64,000 nucleotides of DNA, from the NCBI GenBank assembly GCA_038063915.1, contig JBBTUE010000001.1:107905-171904 (forward strand), given 5' to 3'. The position numbers were made by a program, and so were the translations under genes. Shown piece by piece: positions 34,986 through 44,989 of the stretch. Within the stretch, counting starts at the first letter, position 1. Each line of letters starts with the position of its first letter. The stretch comes from Patescibacteria group bacterium. GTDB taxonomy: Bacteria > Patescibacteriota > Minisyncoccia > Phycocordibacterales > UBA9973. Under the pieces are notes generated by a model. The model was not told the DNA's origin and made no database searches. It saw only the letters and a list, made by a program, of their open reading frames with translations.

Positions 34986-36638
34986 ATGCCAAATCATACT
35001 GAATTGCTTGAACTATTACTAAAAAACAGAGGGATTTTAGCTGAAAACCAGGAGAGATTTTTGAATCCTCTATATGAACATCTTCATGACCCATATTTAT
35101 TGAAAGATATGGAACGTGCAGTTGTGCGGATTTTTGAAGCGATAGAAGCAAAAGAAAAAATTGTAATATATAGTGATTATGACTGCGATGGTATTCCAGC
35201 CGCGGTTATAATGCACGATTTTTTAAAGAGAATTGAATATGAGAACTTTCTAGTATATATTCCACATCGTCACGATGAGGGTTATGGACTTCACGCAGAT
35301 GCAATTCTACAATTTATAAAGGACGAGGTAAAACTTCTAATCACTTTTGATTTAGGTATTACGGCTGTGGACGAAGTAGCGCAGGCACAGGCCTCAGGTA
35401 TAGATGTTATCATTACTGATCACCACTTACCCCAAGAAGACACACCTCGAGCCTTTGCAATTATCAATCCAAAGCAAGATGGATGCGAATACCCGGATAA
35501 AAATCTCTGTGGGGCCGGACTCGCGTTTAAACTAATACAAGCACTTGTAAAAAAGTATGGAGAATACTGGAAGATAAATGAGGGATGGGAGAAATGGTTA
35601 CTCGATATGGCAGGCTTAGCTACACTTGCTGACCAAGTACCACTCACAGGTGAGAACCGAGTACTTGCTTACTATGGACTCAAAGTTTTGCAAAAAGGTA
35701 AACGCCCTGGACTCGCTGAACTTTTCAAAAAAGCTGGAGTAGATACATCTCGACTTACAGAAGAGGATATTACTTTCACCCTAGCACCAAGGCTCAATGC
35801 TGCATCTCGTATGGGCGACCCTATGCGAGCATTTGAAGTACTTGCGACAACTGACGTAACTGAAGCACGGACACTTGCTGATCATTTGGCAAAGATAAAT
35901 GACGAGAGGAAGCTCGTGGTAGCGCATATTATGAAAGATGTGAAAAAAACTTTAAGCAAAAGGGAAGAAAAATCTCTAATAGTTATTGGCAATCCAGCTT
36001 GGAGAGTTGGCGTACTTGGACTTGTAGCTTCGAAAATTGCTGAAGAATATAAAAGACCAGCATTCGTCTGGGGATCGGAGGGTAGTGATGTTATTCGAGG
36101 GTCCTGCAGAGGTTGGGGTGAAGTAAATTTAGTTAGTCTTATGAGTAATATGCCTGAAAATAGCTTAATTGAATGGGGTGGGCATATAAGCGCTGGAGGA
36201 TTTTCAGTTTCTCATACAGAAGTTCACTTTTTAGAAGAGAGATTACTTAGCGTTTTTGATGGAATTGTCGACAAAAAAGAAAGCAATCAAGAAATAAACA
36301 TTGATGCGTCTATTACTCTTGATGATGTGACTATGGAGAATTATAATATCATAGAAAAGTTAGCACCATATGGTACAGGGAACCCGAAACCAACATTTAT
36401 GTTCGAAGACGTTGCGGTAACAACAATCAAAGAATTTGGCAAAGAGAAAAATCATCTTGAACTTATGTTTACAAATAGTAAAGGCCGACCAGTCAAAGCT
36501 ATTACATTTTTCAAAGACAGGACAAGCTTTGGTCGCTCACTTTCTGCTGGTGAGAGGATAAACTTAACTGCCACATTCGATAAAAGCACCTTCGGTGGAC
36601 GCACCGAGCTTAGACTTCGAATTGTTGATATATTATGA
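34986..36638 (+). CDS. recJ: Single-stranded DNA exonuclease RecJ
   Basis: DYDCDG, EGYG, TDHH, ADQVPL, PRLNAASR, GSCR, GGH..AGG. Confidence 0.95.
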   Translation: MPNHTELLELLLKNRGILAENQERFLNPLYEHLHDPYLLKDMERAVVRIFEAIEAKEKIVIYSDYDCDGIPAAVIMHDFLKRIEYENFLVYIPHRHDEGYGLHADAILQFIKDEVKLLITFDLGITAVDEVAQAQASGIDVIITDHHLPQEDTPRAFAIINPKQDGCEYPDKNLCGAGLAFKLIQALVKKYGEYWKINEGWEKWLLDMAGLATLADQVPLTGENRVLAYYGLKVLQKGKRPGLAELFKKAGVDTSRLTEEDITFTLAPRLNAASRMGDPMRAFEVLATTDVTEARTLADHLAKINDERKLVVAHIMKDVKKTLSKREEKSLIVIGNPAWRVGVLGLVASKIAEEYKRPAFVWGSEGSDVIRGSCRGWGEVNLVSLMSNMPENSLIEWGGHISAGGFSVSHTEVHFLEERLLSVFDGIVDKKESNQEINIDASITLDDVTMENYNIIEKLAPYGTGNPKPTFMFEDVAVTTIKEFGKEKNHLELMFTNSKGRPVKAITFFKDRTSFGRSLSAGERINLTATFDKSTFGGRTELRLRIVDIL

Positions 36639-36720
36639 TAAACCATAATGTACCAACTGCTCTAAGACATCGAACAAGTAAAACTTGTTCATGCTCTTCA
36701 TTTGTTGCTAAAATATAACC

Positions 36721-37188
36721 ATGTCTAAGATAATAGAAATATATACAGATGGGTCGTCACTTGGGAACCCTGGCCGAGGGGGGTGGGGGATGGTAGTTAC
36801 CTCTGGTACCAAGACCATAAAAGAGCTTGGGGGATATGAGAAAAATACGACCAACAACCGTATGGAGCTCATGTCGGTAATTTCTGCAATCAAATATATA
36901 ATCGAAAACCATAAAAATGGCGACGTTATAATTCACGCTGATTCTACATATGTCCTCGGAGGTGTGACGACTTGGATACACAATTGGGAGAAAAATGGCT
37001 GGCGGACTGCCAATAAGAAGCAAGTTTTGAATAAAGATTTATGGCAAGAGTTAATCGCGCTCGTGCGGACGTTTGATGGCAAACTTTCTTGGCAGAAAGT
37101 CAAAGGTCACGATGGCCATGTTCATAACGAACGCGCAGATACTATTGCTACAGAATGTTCTTCGTTACAGAAAAATTATATTTTATAA
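36721..37188 (+). CDS. rnhA: Ribonuclease HI
   Basis: IYTDGSSLGNPG, TTNNRMEL, DSTYV, NKDLW, VKGH, NERAD. Confidence 0.96.
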   Translation: MSKIIEIYTDGSSLGNPGRGGWGMVVTSGTKTIKELGGYEKNTTNNRMELMSVISAIKYIIENHKNGDVIIHADSTYVLGGVTTWIHNWEKNGWRTANKKQVLNKDLWQELIALVRTFDGKLSWQKVKGHDGHVHNERADTIATECSSLQKNYIL

Positions 37189-37267
37189 AGCACGAATAAT
37201 TTTCTGGTGAAAATTTTCTCTGCTCGGTTACCCGCCTGAGCAAGTCTTTCTAAAACATAATTTTTCT
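37169..37267. repeat. Long hairpin element (22-bp arms, 2 mismatches) overlapping the rnhA stop
   Basis: AGAAAAATTATATTTTATAAAG ... CTTTCTAAAACATAATTTTTCT with inner CTGCTCGGTTACCCGCCTGAGCAAG. Confidence 0.6.
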
Positions 37268-37275
37268 TTCACTTT

Positions 37276-38574
37276 ATGAAAATTACTAAGAGAGAAATTT
37301 TTATAATAATTATTCTTATATGTATTGCACTGGTGCGGTTTTCTTTTTCGCGGCCTTTGCCACCAGCCTATGATAGTGCGATAGGTAGAGAAGTAAGTGT
37401 ACAGGGGGTCGTGGTGAATCCACCAGATATACGTTTAAATAATATAAGGCTTACTATCAGACCTAAAAACCAAGAAGCAAATATTTTAGCTGTAGTTCCG
37501 AGGACTAGTGACGTTTCTTATGGTGATATGGTAAAGGCTCACGGGGTTCTTTCTACGCCAGAGAATTTTGAAACATCGTCGGGTAAAGAATTTAATTATA
37601 TAAGATATCTGGCCAATCAAGATATATATTTTATTATCCAGGATGCTGATATTGAAGTCGTGTCCCACGGTAATGGCAACTCCATAAAGTCGCTACTTTT
37701 CAAGTTCCGAGAGTCGTTTATGAAAAACATCGATCGTGTAATAGCTCCACCAGAGAGTGACTTGGCTGACGGATTGATTCTTGGAGCCCGTGGAGGGTTT
37801 GACAGTAAGACTCGCGATGAGTTTATCTCTACCGGGACAATTCATATTATTGCCCTCTCTGGATACAATGTAACTATAGTTGCCGAAGGGGTAATGAAAT
37901 TACTAGGAGTCATATTTGCCCAAGTATTGTCGATTCTTGCAGGAATCGTTGTTGTTATTTTATTTGTAATTATGGCTGGAGCATCTGCTACAGCAATTCG
38001 GGCTGGAATCATGGCAGTTATCTTACTCTTTGCTAGACTAACAGGTAGGAAATATGATGCTATACGCGCGCTTGTCATCGCTGGGCTATTGATGATAGCC
38101 TACGATCCGCGATTGCTCTCTGATATTTCGTTCCAACTTTCATTCATAGCTACAAGTGGGGTGCTACTCGTTACACCTAAAGTTATAAAGTGGGTCTGGT
38201 TCTTGCCGATGGGATTTAAACTGCGCGAGCTTGTGGCGACTACAATTGCAGCAACGGTATCTGTCCTACCCCTTCTTCTTTATAGCACAGGAGTGTTTTC
38301 ACTAGTTTCTCTTCCGGCAAATATTCTCATTTTGCCGCTCATTCCACTTACTATGTTTATGAGTTTCCTTGCAGGAGTCCTTGGTTTTATTAACCCAATC
38401 ATTTCACTCCCGTTTGCTTATATTTCAGACCTCCTACTTTCATATATCCTATCCGTCATCCACTTTTTCGCCTCACTTCCGTTTGCAAGTATTAACATAA
38501 AGTCATTTCCATTAGTTCTGACTCTTGCGTTGTATGCACTCATAATTTGGTGGGTGTCTAAAAAGAGGTCTTGA
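37276..38574 (+). CDS. comEC: ComEC/Rec2 membrane part (OB/DUF4131 plus Competence domain)
   Basis: FNYIRYLANQDIY, GTIHIIALSGYNVT, ATAIRAGIM, SFQLSF, SLPANIL. Confidence 0.92.
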   Translation: MKITKREIFIIIILICIALVRFSFSRPLPPAYDSAIGREVSVQGVVVNPPDIRLNNIRLTIRPKNQEANILAVVPRTSDVSYGDMVKAHGVLSTPENFETSSGKEFNYIRYLANQDIYFIIQDADIEVVSHGNGNSIKSLLFKFRESFMKNIDRVIAPPESDLADGLILGARGGFDSKTRDEFISTGTIHIIALSGYNVTIVAEGVMKLLGVIFAQVLSILAGIVVVILFVIMAGASATAIRAGIMAVILLFARLTGRKYDAIRALVIAGLLMIAYDPRLLSDISFQLSFIATSGVLLVTPKVIKWVWFLPMGFKLRELVATTIAATVSVLPLLLYSTGVFSLVSLPANILILPLIPLTMFMSFLAGVLGFINPIISLPFAYISDLLLSYILSVIHFFASLPFASINIKSFPLVLTLALYALIIWWVSKKRS

Positions 38575-38707
38575 CATATATTTTATTTAGAGTATCGTTT
38601 TAGCTGAAGGAGGTTAAAAAGGGTTATAAAATAAAACCCAAAACCACGTTTTAAAGAGTTCTAACTCTCCCTACTAGTAGGGATGCTGTAAAATCAATTA
38701 GTTTTGT

Positions 38708-38743
38708 AGCCAGTCCGTGACGGTCTCTCGGGCTGGCTTTTTT
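38708..38743 (+). terminator. Intrinsic terminator
   Basis: AGCCAGTCCG...CGGGCTGGCT followed by a T-run. Confidence 0.7.
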
Positions 38744-39332
38744 ATTGCACTTTTCTAAAATTCTCTTCTACTACCCCCCAATTCAAATTCTCAAAAAATG
38801 CTTCAACATATTTTTTCTTTTCACTTGTAGGATAATCATAGACATACGCATGCTCCCACATATCAAGGCATAGTACTGGGGTAAGACCTATTAAGTGTCC
38901 TAATTGCTGCTCTTCCACCCAAGCGTGAAGAAGTTTATCAGAGAGTGGATCATAGAAAAGTATAGCCCAACCAACACCGCGCGTCATAGCGAGAGATTTG
39001 AATTGGGCAAACCACGCATCTAGGGTACCCCATGTTTGTGTAATTTTTTCTTTTAGTGGACTATCACTAGAGGGGACATAGCCACCTTCAAATTGTGCAA
39101 AATAGTACTCATGGTTACGCATACCATTGAATTCAAAACTAAATCGTCGCTGAAGTTCGGCGATAACATAAGTATTGGCTTCAAGGTCTTTATTATACCC
39201 TTCTATTTTTTCTAGAATCAAATTTGTATTTGTTACGTAGCCCTTATACAGCTTTAAATGCTCCTCAATATTTTTAGAGGATATCCCTTTTAACTCCCCA
39301 ATATTGAAAGCTTTTTCTGTAAATTTTTCCAT
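38742..39332 (-). CDS. Fe/Mn superoxide dismutase family protein
   Basis: EHLKLYKGYV, NHEYYF, GVGW, DMWEHAY metal-ligand motifs. Confidence 0.88.
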   Translation of the reverse strand: MEKFTEKAFNIGELKGISSKNIEEHLKLYKGYVTNTNLILEKIEGYNKDLEANTYVIAELQRRFSFEFNGMRNHEYYFAQFEGGYVPSSDSPLKEKITQTWGTLDAWFAQFKSLAMTRGVGWAILFYDPLSDKLLHAWVEEQQLGHLIGLTPVLCLDMWEHAYVYDYPTSEKKKYVEAFFENLNWGVVEENFRKVQ

Positions 39333-39372
39333 ACGATTTTATTCTAGTAAGTGTTAATATATATATTATACC

Positions 39373-40239
39373 ATGAAAAATCTCCGTAGATATTTACCAC
39401 ACATTCTATTTACTATTATAGTAATTTCAGCTTTCGGTATATGTTATCTCCTATACAGTCAAGATCACAGGGGTAATGTATTAAAAGTTGCATTTCTCGA
39501 TATTGGCCAAGGTGATGCTATATACATAGAGGCACCAAATGGCAAACAAATGCTCATAGATGCCGGCTCCGGGTCAATAATATTACAGAAGCTTGCACAA
39601 GTTATGCCATTTGGAGATAGATCTATCGATATGATTGTGGTTACTAACCCAGATAAAGATCACATAGGTGGATTTATCGATGTGCTCGAGAATTTTAAAG
39701 TTCTGCGAGTCCTTGAGGCAGGCACAAAGAAAAATACGTTAATATATAAAAGTTTTGAGGATGAAGTCGCAAATCAAAAGATCGAGAAAGGGATAGCTTT
39801 ACGCGGAATGAAAATATTGCTAGACAAAGAGCATAATATTTATTTTGAAGTTTTATTCCCTGATCGAGATGTTAGTACTTGGTCACCGAACGATGGATCT
39901 ATAGTAGGGAAGCTAGTATATGGCAGTGAATCTTTTATGCTGATGGGCGATGCCACGAAATATACTGAACTCCTAATCACCCAAAATGAAAATCCAGAAA
40001 CTCTCCATTCCCAAGTTCTAAAACTTGGCCATCACGGGTCCCATACATCCTCGAGTGAATTTTGGCTAGAAGCTGTAGATCCAGATGTAGCCATTATCTC
40101 TGCGGGTAAAAATAATAGTTATGGTCACCCCCACCAAGATATACTAGGTAGACTTCAGTCATTTCATATTCCATATTTAGGTACATATGAGAAAGGGACG
40201 ATTATATTTAAGACAGATGGAACAAAACTTTCTTACTAA
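39373..40239 (+). CDS. Stand-alone ComEC-type metallo-beta-lactamase domain protein
   Basis: FLDIGQGDA, LIDAG, TNPDKDHIGG, MGDA, LKLGHHGS, SAG.NNSYGHP. Confidence 0.9.
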   Translation: MKNLRRYLPHILFTIIVISAFGICYLLYSQDHRGNVLKVAFLDIGQGDAIYIEAPNGKQMLIDAGSGSIILQKLAQVMPFGDRSIDMIVVTNPDKDHIGGFIDVLENFKVLRVLEAGTKKNTLIYKSFEDEVANQKIEKGIALRGMKILLDKEHNIYFEVLFPDRDVSTWSPNDGSIVGKLVYGSESFMLMGDATKYTELLITQNENPETLHSQVLKLGHHGSHTSSSEFWLEAVDPDVAIISAGKNNSYGHPHQDILGRLQSFHIPYLGTYEKGTIIFKTDGTKLSY

Positions 40240-40273
40240 AATAAAACCCCGATTCAATCGGGGTTTTATTTTA
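40237..40273. terminator. Bidirectional terminator between convergent genes
   Basis: TAAAATAAAACCCCGAT-TCA-ATCGGGGTTTTATTTTA. Confidence 0.8.
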
Positions 40274-40511
40274 TGATTCCAGCTTTTTTGAGGACTGCAT
40301 ATGCGCCGTGTTTATTTATGGTCTTTATAGCGCTTGTCGATAGAGTTAGAGGATAGTATTTCTTGAGTTCAGGGACATAGACACGTTTCTTTTGAAGATT
40401 GGCGTATTTGCGTACCATGCCTGTAGGGTTAAATTTGGTAGCACGAACTACGTTCGAGTAACCACCCGCAACCAATGAACCCTTTTTAGTTATAGCGCAA
40501 ACTTTTGCCAT
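40266..40511 (-). CDS. rpmB: 50S ribosomal protein bL28
   Basis: MAKVCAITKK, RKYANLQKKR, LSTSAIKTINK. Confidence 0.88.
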   Translation of the reverse strand: MAKVCAITKKGSLVAGGYSNVVRATKFNPTGMVRKYANLQKKRVYVPELKKYYPLTLSTSAIKTINKHGAYAVLKKAGIIK

Positions 40512-40545
40512 ATGTGACCCCTATGCTATCATATAGGACATACAT

Positions 40546-41187
40546 ATGCAAGCTATCGATGGAATATTTTATGTGGCCATACTTATAATGTCTGTTGTAA
40601 TTCATGAGTTTGCTCACGGCTATAGTGCTTATTTACTCGGGGACAACACTGCTCGTCTTTCTGGACGTCTAACTCTTAATCCTCTAAAACATCTAGACCC
40701 ATTTGGCTCTGTGATATTACCACTTCTCTTAATATTATCTCAGGCTGGCTTTGTTATAGGCTGGGCTAGACCTGTACCATATAATCCTGCTAATTTACGT
40801 AATGTAAAGAAGGGGACATTCATTGTGGCTTTTGCTGGGATTTTTGCAAATATAGTGATTGCTGTTATTTTTGGTTTGCTTATAAGATTTGCTCCTAACT
40901 TTGGACTACCACCATATATTCTAGGTACAGAGCTCCTCCATCCTTTCTATAAAATTACGACTATTATCGTGGTTACTAATCTAATACTTGCTCTGTTCAA
41001 TCTTATTCCAATTCCTCCACTTGATGGGTCAAAGATACTATTCTCATTCTTGCCGAACAGTCTACGTTTTATTGAAAATTTCTTAGAAAGATGGGGTATA
41101 TTCTTCTTACTCATATTCATTATTTTCCTATGGGGTCTAGTTTCACCTATTATTTATATGGCTTTTTCTCTGATTACTGGCTTATAA
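40546..41187 (+). CDS. Site-2 protease (M50) family
   Basis: HEFAHG, GRLTLNPLKHLDPFG, FNLIPIPPLDGSKI. Confidence 0.93.
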   Translation: MQAIDGIFYVAILIMSVVIHEFAHGYSAYLLGDNTARLSGRLTLNPLKHLDPFGSVILPLLLILSQAGFVIGWARPVPYNPANLRNVKKGTFIVAFAGIFANIVIAVIFGLLIRFAPNFGLPPYILGTELLHPFYKITTIIVVTNLILALFNLIPIPPLDGSKILFSFLPNSLRFIENFLERWGIFFLLIFIIFLWGLVSPIIYMAFSLITGL

Positions 41188-41248
41188 TTAGACTCTTGCA
41201 TTTTTAACCCTTATATAGTAAAGTATTCTGACTAGTCAATATGACTTT

Positions 41249-41278
41249 CCAGCCAAAGGCTGGTCCGCCTCTGGCGGA
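41249..41278. repeat. Two abutting GC-rich mini-hairpins in the rpsL leader
   Basis: CCAGCC-AAA-GGCTGG and TCCGCC-TCT-GGCGGA. Confidence 0.6.
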
Positions 41279-41289
41279 TGTTTTAAATT

Positions 41290-41712
41290 ATGCCCACAAT
41301 CAATCAATTGGTTCGTAAGAGCCGTAAAATTACAAAAAGAAAGTCAAAGGCTGTAGCCCTTGCACGTGGTTTTAATTCAATCAAGAATAAACCAGTGTTT
41401 TATCCTGCTCCATTTAAGCGCGGAGTTTGTACAAAAGTTTCGACCACTACTCCAAAGAAGCCGAACTCTGCTCTACGTAAAATTGCTCGTGTTCGTCTCA
41501 CGAATGGAATGGAAGTCACAGCTTATATCCCAGGTGAAGGACACAATCTCCAAGAACACTCAGTTGTCATGATTCGCGGTGGTCGCGTCAAAGACTTGAT
41601 TGGAGTTCGCTATCACATTGTTCGTGGACGCCTAGATGCTACAGGTGTAGACAAGCGTCGCCAATCTAGAAGTCTCTATGGTGCTAAAACTCCTAAAGAA
41701 GTTAAGAAATAA
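41290..41712 (+). CDS. rpsL: 30S ribosomal protein uS12
   Basis: [26 protein letters not shown]. Confidence 0.98.
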   Translation: MPTINQLVRKSRKITKRKSKAVALARGFNSIKNKPVFYPAPFKRGVCTKVSTTTPKKPNSALRKIARVRLTNGMEVTAYIPGEGHNLQEHSVVMIRGGRVKDLIGVRYHIVRGRLDATGVDKRRQSRSLYGAKTPKEVKK

Positions 41713-41719
41713 ATAATTT

Positions 41720-42190
41720 ATGCGAAGAAAAATAAAAAATAGAAATATAGTTGAGGCAGATATTATATATAATTCTCAAAAGCTAGCGAAATTTATAAAC
41801 AATATCATGCTTCATGGTAAAAAAGAGACTGCTCGCAAGAGTGTGTATAAAGCATTTGATATTATTAAAGAAAAAACAGGGAACCCAAATCCTCTGGAAG
41901 TATTCGACACAGCCATCAAAAATGCTGGTCCACAAGTAGAAGTCCGCTCACGTCGTATCGGTGGTGCCAACTATCAAGTTCCTCGTGAAGTCAGACCAGA
42001 GCGACGCACAGCACTTGCTATGAGATGGATAATACTGGCTGCTCGTGGCAAGAAAGGTGCACCTATTCACGAAAAATTAGCTGAAGAATTAATCCTCGCT
42101 TCAAAAAACGAAGGCTCTGCAGTCAAGAAGCGCGATGATACTCACAAGATGGCCGAAGCAAACAAAGCCTTTGCCCACTTCGCTTGGTAA
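41720..42190 (+). CDS. rpsG: 30S ribosomal protein uS7
   Basis: EVRSRRIGGANYQVP, HKMAEANKAFAHF. Confidence 0.98.
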   Translation: MRRKIKNRNIVEADIIYNSQKLAKFINNIMLHGKKETARKSVYKAFDIIKEKTGNPNPLEVFDTAIKNAGPQVEVRSRRIGGANYQVPREVRPERRTALAMRWIILAARGKKGAPIHEKLAEELILASKNEGSAVKKRDDTHKMAEANKAFAHFAW

Positions 42191-42199
42191 TTTAAATAT

Positions 42200-44341
42200 A
42201 TGGAACGAGATTATCCTCTAGAGAAAGTTAGGAATATTGGAATTATTGCACACATCGACGCAGGTAAGACTACGACTACCGAGCGTGTGCTTTTCTATAC
42301 CGGTGTATCACACAAGATAGGCGAGGTTCATGATGGGGAGACGACGACAGACTGGATGGAGCAAGAGCGTGAGCGCGGGATTACTATTACATCTGCTGCC
42401 GTGACTTGTTTTTGGACTCCAACATATGCCTTAACTGACAAGACTAAAAAGCATCGCTTCAACATTATTGATACTCCTGGTCACATCGACTTCACTGTTG
42501 AAGTGAAGCGTTCACTTCGCGTACTTGATGGCGCAGTCGTTGTATTTGATGGAGTAGCTGGGGTGGAGCCTCAATCAGAAACGAACTGGCGCTATGCCGA
42601 TGAAGCCAAGGTTCCTCGCATTTGCTTCATAAACAAACTTGATCGCATAGGTGCTTCTTTTGAGCATTCTTATAAAACGATACACGAACGTCTTACAAAA
42701 AAGGCAATTCGCATGCAGATACCAATTGGTCTTGAAGAAAATCACGAAGGAGTTATTGATTTGCTAAAGATGAAGGCATATTACTTTGAAGGAGAAATGG
42801 GGAACAAAGTTATCGAGAAAGAAATTCCTGATAATCTAAAAGCTGACGCTGAGAAATACCACGCTGAGCTTGTTGAGAAAGTTGTCGAGCAAGATGATGT
42901 AGTCATGAACGATTACCTCGAAGGTAAAATTCCTGATTTAGATACTCTAAAGTCACTCATGCGAAAAGGAGTAATTGCTAATGAAATCTTTCCAGTTTTT
43001 GCAGGATCAGCACTCAAGAATAAAGGTGTTCAGCTCGTGCTCGATGCAGTCGTAGATTATTTACCAAGTCCTCTTGATATTCCAGCAATTGGTGGTATCA
43101 ATCCTGAAACTGAAGAGGTTATGACAAGACCCGCATCTGACGATGCGCCATTCTCTGCGCTTGCTTTTAAAGTAGCTACAGATCCATTTGTTGGACAAAT
43201 TATTTTCTTCCGAGTCTACTCTGGGACACTTACTGCTGGATCCTATGTTTACAATCCTCGCACTCGTAATAAAGAGCGTATTGGACGTATCCTTCGTATG
43301 CATGCCAACGATCGCGAAGAGGTAAAGAAAGTTTATGCAGGAGAGATCGCTGCCGCAGTTGGACTCAAAGATACTATAACTTCAGATACACTTTGCGACG
43401 AAGAAAAGCCGATAGAGCTCTACCGTATCGTATTCCCAGAACCAGTTATTTCACTTCGCGTAGAACCCAAAACTAAAGCTGACCAAGAAAAAATGGGCAT
43501 GGCTCTTTCTCGTCTAGCCCAAGAAGATCCGACTTTTAAAGTATCAACAGATGCAGAAACAAACGAGACTATTATCGCTGGTATGGGAGAACTCCATCTT
43601 GAAATTATTGTTGATCGAATGAAACGTGAATTCACTGTCGAGACAAATGTTGGTAAACCACAAGTTGCTTACCGCGAGACTATTACAGGCGTGGCTTCTG
43701 TAGAAGGTAAATACATCAAGCAGTCTGGAGGCAGAGGTAACTACGGTCACGTCAAAATCAAAATTAAACCAATGGACATGTCTGTTGACCCAGAAGATGT
43801 ACCAAAGAATACTAAACGCGAAAAAGATTTTGAGTTCGTCAATACTATCAAAGGTGGTGCTATTCCCCAAGAGTATATTCCAGCGTGTGAGAAAGGATTT
43901 AAAGAAGGACTCGATCGTGGAGTGCTGGCTGGATTTAAATTGGTCAATGTCTCGGTTGAGCTTTGGGATGGTTCATATCACGATGTAGACTCAAACGAAA
44001 TGGCCTTCAAAATTGCTGCTTCTATGGCAGTGCAAGATGCATGTAAGATGGCCAAGCCGGTAATTCTTGAACCGATGATGAGTGTTGAAGTAGTAACTCC
44101 TGATAAATTCATGGGTGATGTCACTGGTAGTCTATCATCTAAGCGCGGACTTATTGAAGGAATGGAAGCTCGCGGTATGAACCAAGCGGTCAAAGCGATC
44201 GTCCCTCTCTCTGAAATGTTCGGCTACATGACCACCCTTCGCTCTATGACTGAAGGCCGTGCAGGATTTACTATGGAGTTCCTACGCTATGATATCGTGC
44301 CACAAAATGTAGCAACAACTATCATAGAATCACGCAAATAA
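42200..44341 (+). CDS. fusA: Elongation factor G
   Basis: [36 protein letters not shown]. Confidence 0.98.
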   Translation: MERDYPLEKVRNIGIIAHIDAGKTTTTERVLFYTGVSHKIGEVHDGETTTDWMEQERERGITITSAAVTCFWTPTYALTDKTKKHRFNIIDTPGHIDFTVEVKRSLRVLDGAVVVFDGVAGVEPQSETNWRYADEAKVPRICFINKLDRIGASFEHSYKTIHERLTKKAIRMQIPIGLEENHEGVIDLLKMKAYYFEGEMGNKVIEKEIPDNLKADAEKYHAELVEKVVEQDDVVMNDYLEGKIPDLDTLKSLMRKGVIANEIFPVFAGSALKNKGVQLVLDAVVDYLPSPLDIPAIGGINPETEEVMTRPASDDAPFSALAFKVATDPFVGQIIFFRVYSGTLTAGSYVYNPRTRNKERIGRILRMHANDREEVKKVYAGEIAAAVGLKDTITSDTLCDEEKPIELYRIVFPEPVISLRVEPKTKADQEKMGMALSRLAQEDPTFKVSTDAETNETIIAGMGELHLEIIVDRMKREFTVETNVGKPQVAYRETITGVASVEGKYIKQSGGRGNYGHVKIKIKPMDMSVDPEDVPKNTKREKDFEFVNTIKGGAIPQEYIPACEKGFKEGLDRGVLAGFKLVNVSVELWDGSYHDVDSNEMAFKIAASMAVQDACKMAKPVILEPMMSVEVVTPDKFMGDVTGSLSSKRGLIEGMEARGMNQAVKAIVPLSEMFGYMTTLRSMTEGRAGFTMEFLRYDIVPQNVATTIIESRK

Positions 44342-44409
44342 AATCTCAGATTTCAAAATATTATCAGTAAATGTTATACTGTACTCATATCAGTTAATTT
44401 TTCCTAAAT

Positions 44410-44982
44410 ATGAAAAATCAAAAAGGGAACACAAGCGTTATAGTTTCTTTTATTATTGTCGCAGGTATTATCGGGTTAGTGGTCTATTCTCTCATGAGAA
44501 AGACAGCTAGTACTAATATAGAAGAAGATTCATATAAAAGTACAGAAGTAAACGAAAATACAAATAACAACCAAGAAGTTAAAAAAGATACTTCTCAAAA
44601 ACCCATGGAACAAAACAAAAGATTATTATCCGATTTCACTCCAGTCGCAAATGTGGCTACACTACAAAAAATTGATCTGGTTACTGGTACGGGCACAGAA
44701 GTCAAAGCAGGTGCCACGGTCAGTGTGCATTATACTGGCGCAGTAGCATCGACTGGGGCAGTTTTTCAGAGTTCAAAAGATTTTGGATCAGAGCCTATAA
44801 CATTTCCACTCTCTGGTGTAATAAAAGGCTGGACGGACGGCATACCAGGTATGAAAGTCGGCGGTACTCGAAGACTTATAATACCAAGCGCTCAAGCTTA
44901 CGGGGCCAACCCTCCAGGCGGTTCCGGTATTCCAGCAAATGCGGATCTAGTATTTGATGTAGAGTTAGTGAACGTAAAATAA
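44410..44982 (+). CDS. Membrane-anchored FKBP-type peptidyl-prolyl isomerase
   Basis: VSVHYTG, VIKGWTDGIPGMKVGGTRRLIIP..AYG, IPANADLVFDVEL. Confidence 0.92.
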   Translation: MKNQKGNTSVIVSFIIVAGIIGLVVYSLMRKTASTNIEEDSYKSTEVNENTNNNQEVKKDTSQKPMEQNKRLLSDFTPVANVATLQKIDLVTGTGTEVKAGATVSVHYTGAVASTGAVFQSSKDFGSEPITFPLSGVIKGWTDGIPGMKVGGTRRLIIPSAQAYGANPPGGSGIPANADLVFDVELVNVK

Positions 44983-44989
44983 TTGTTTT

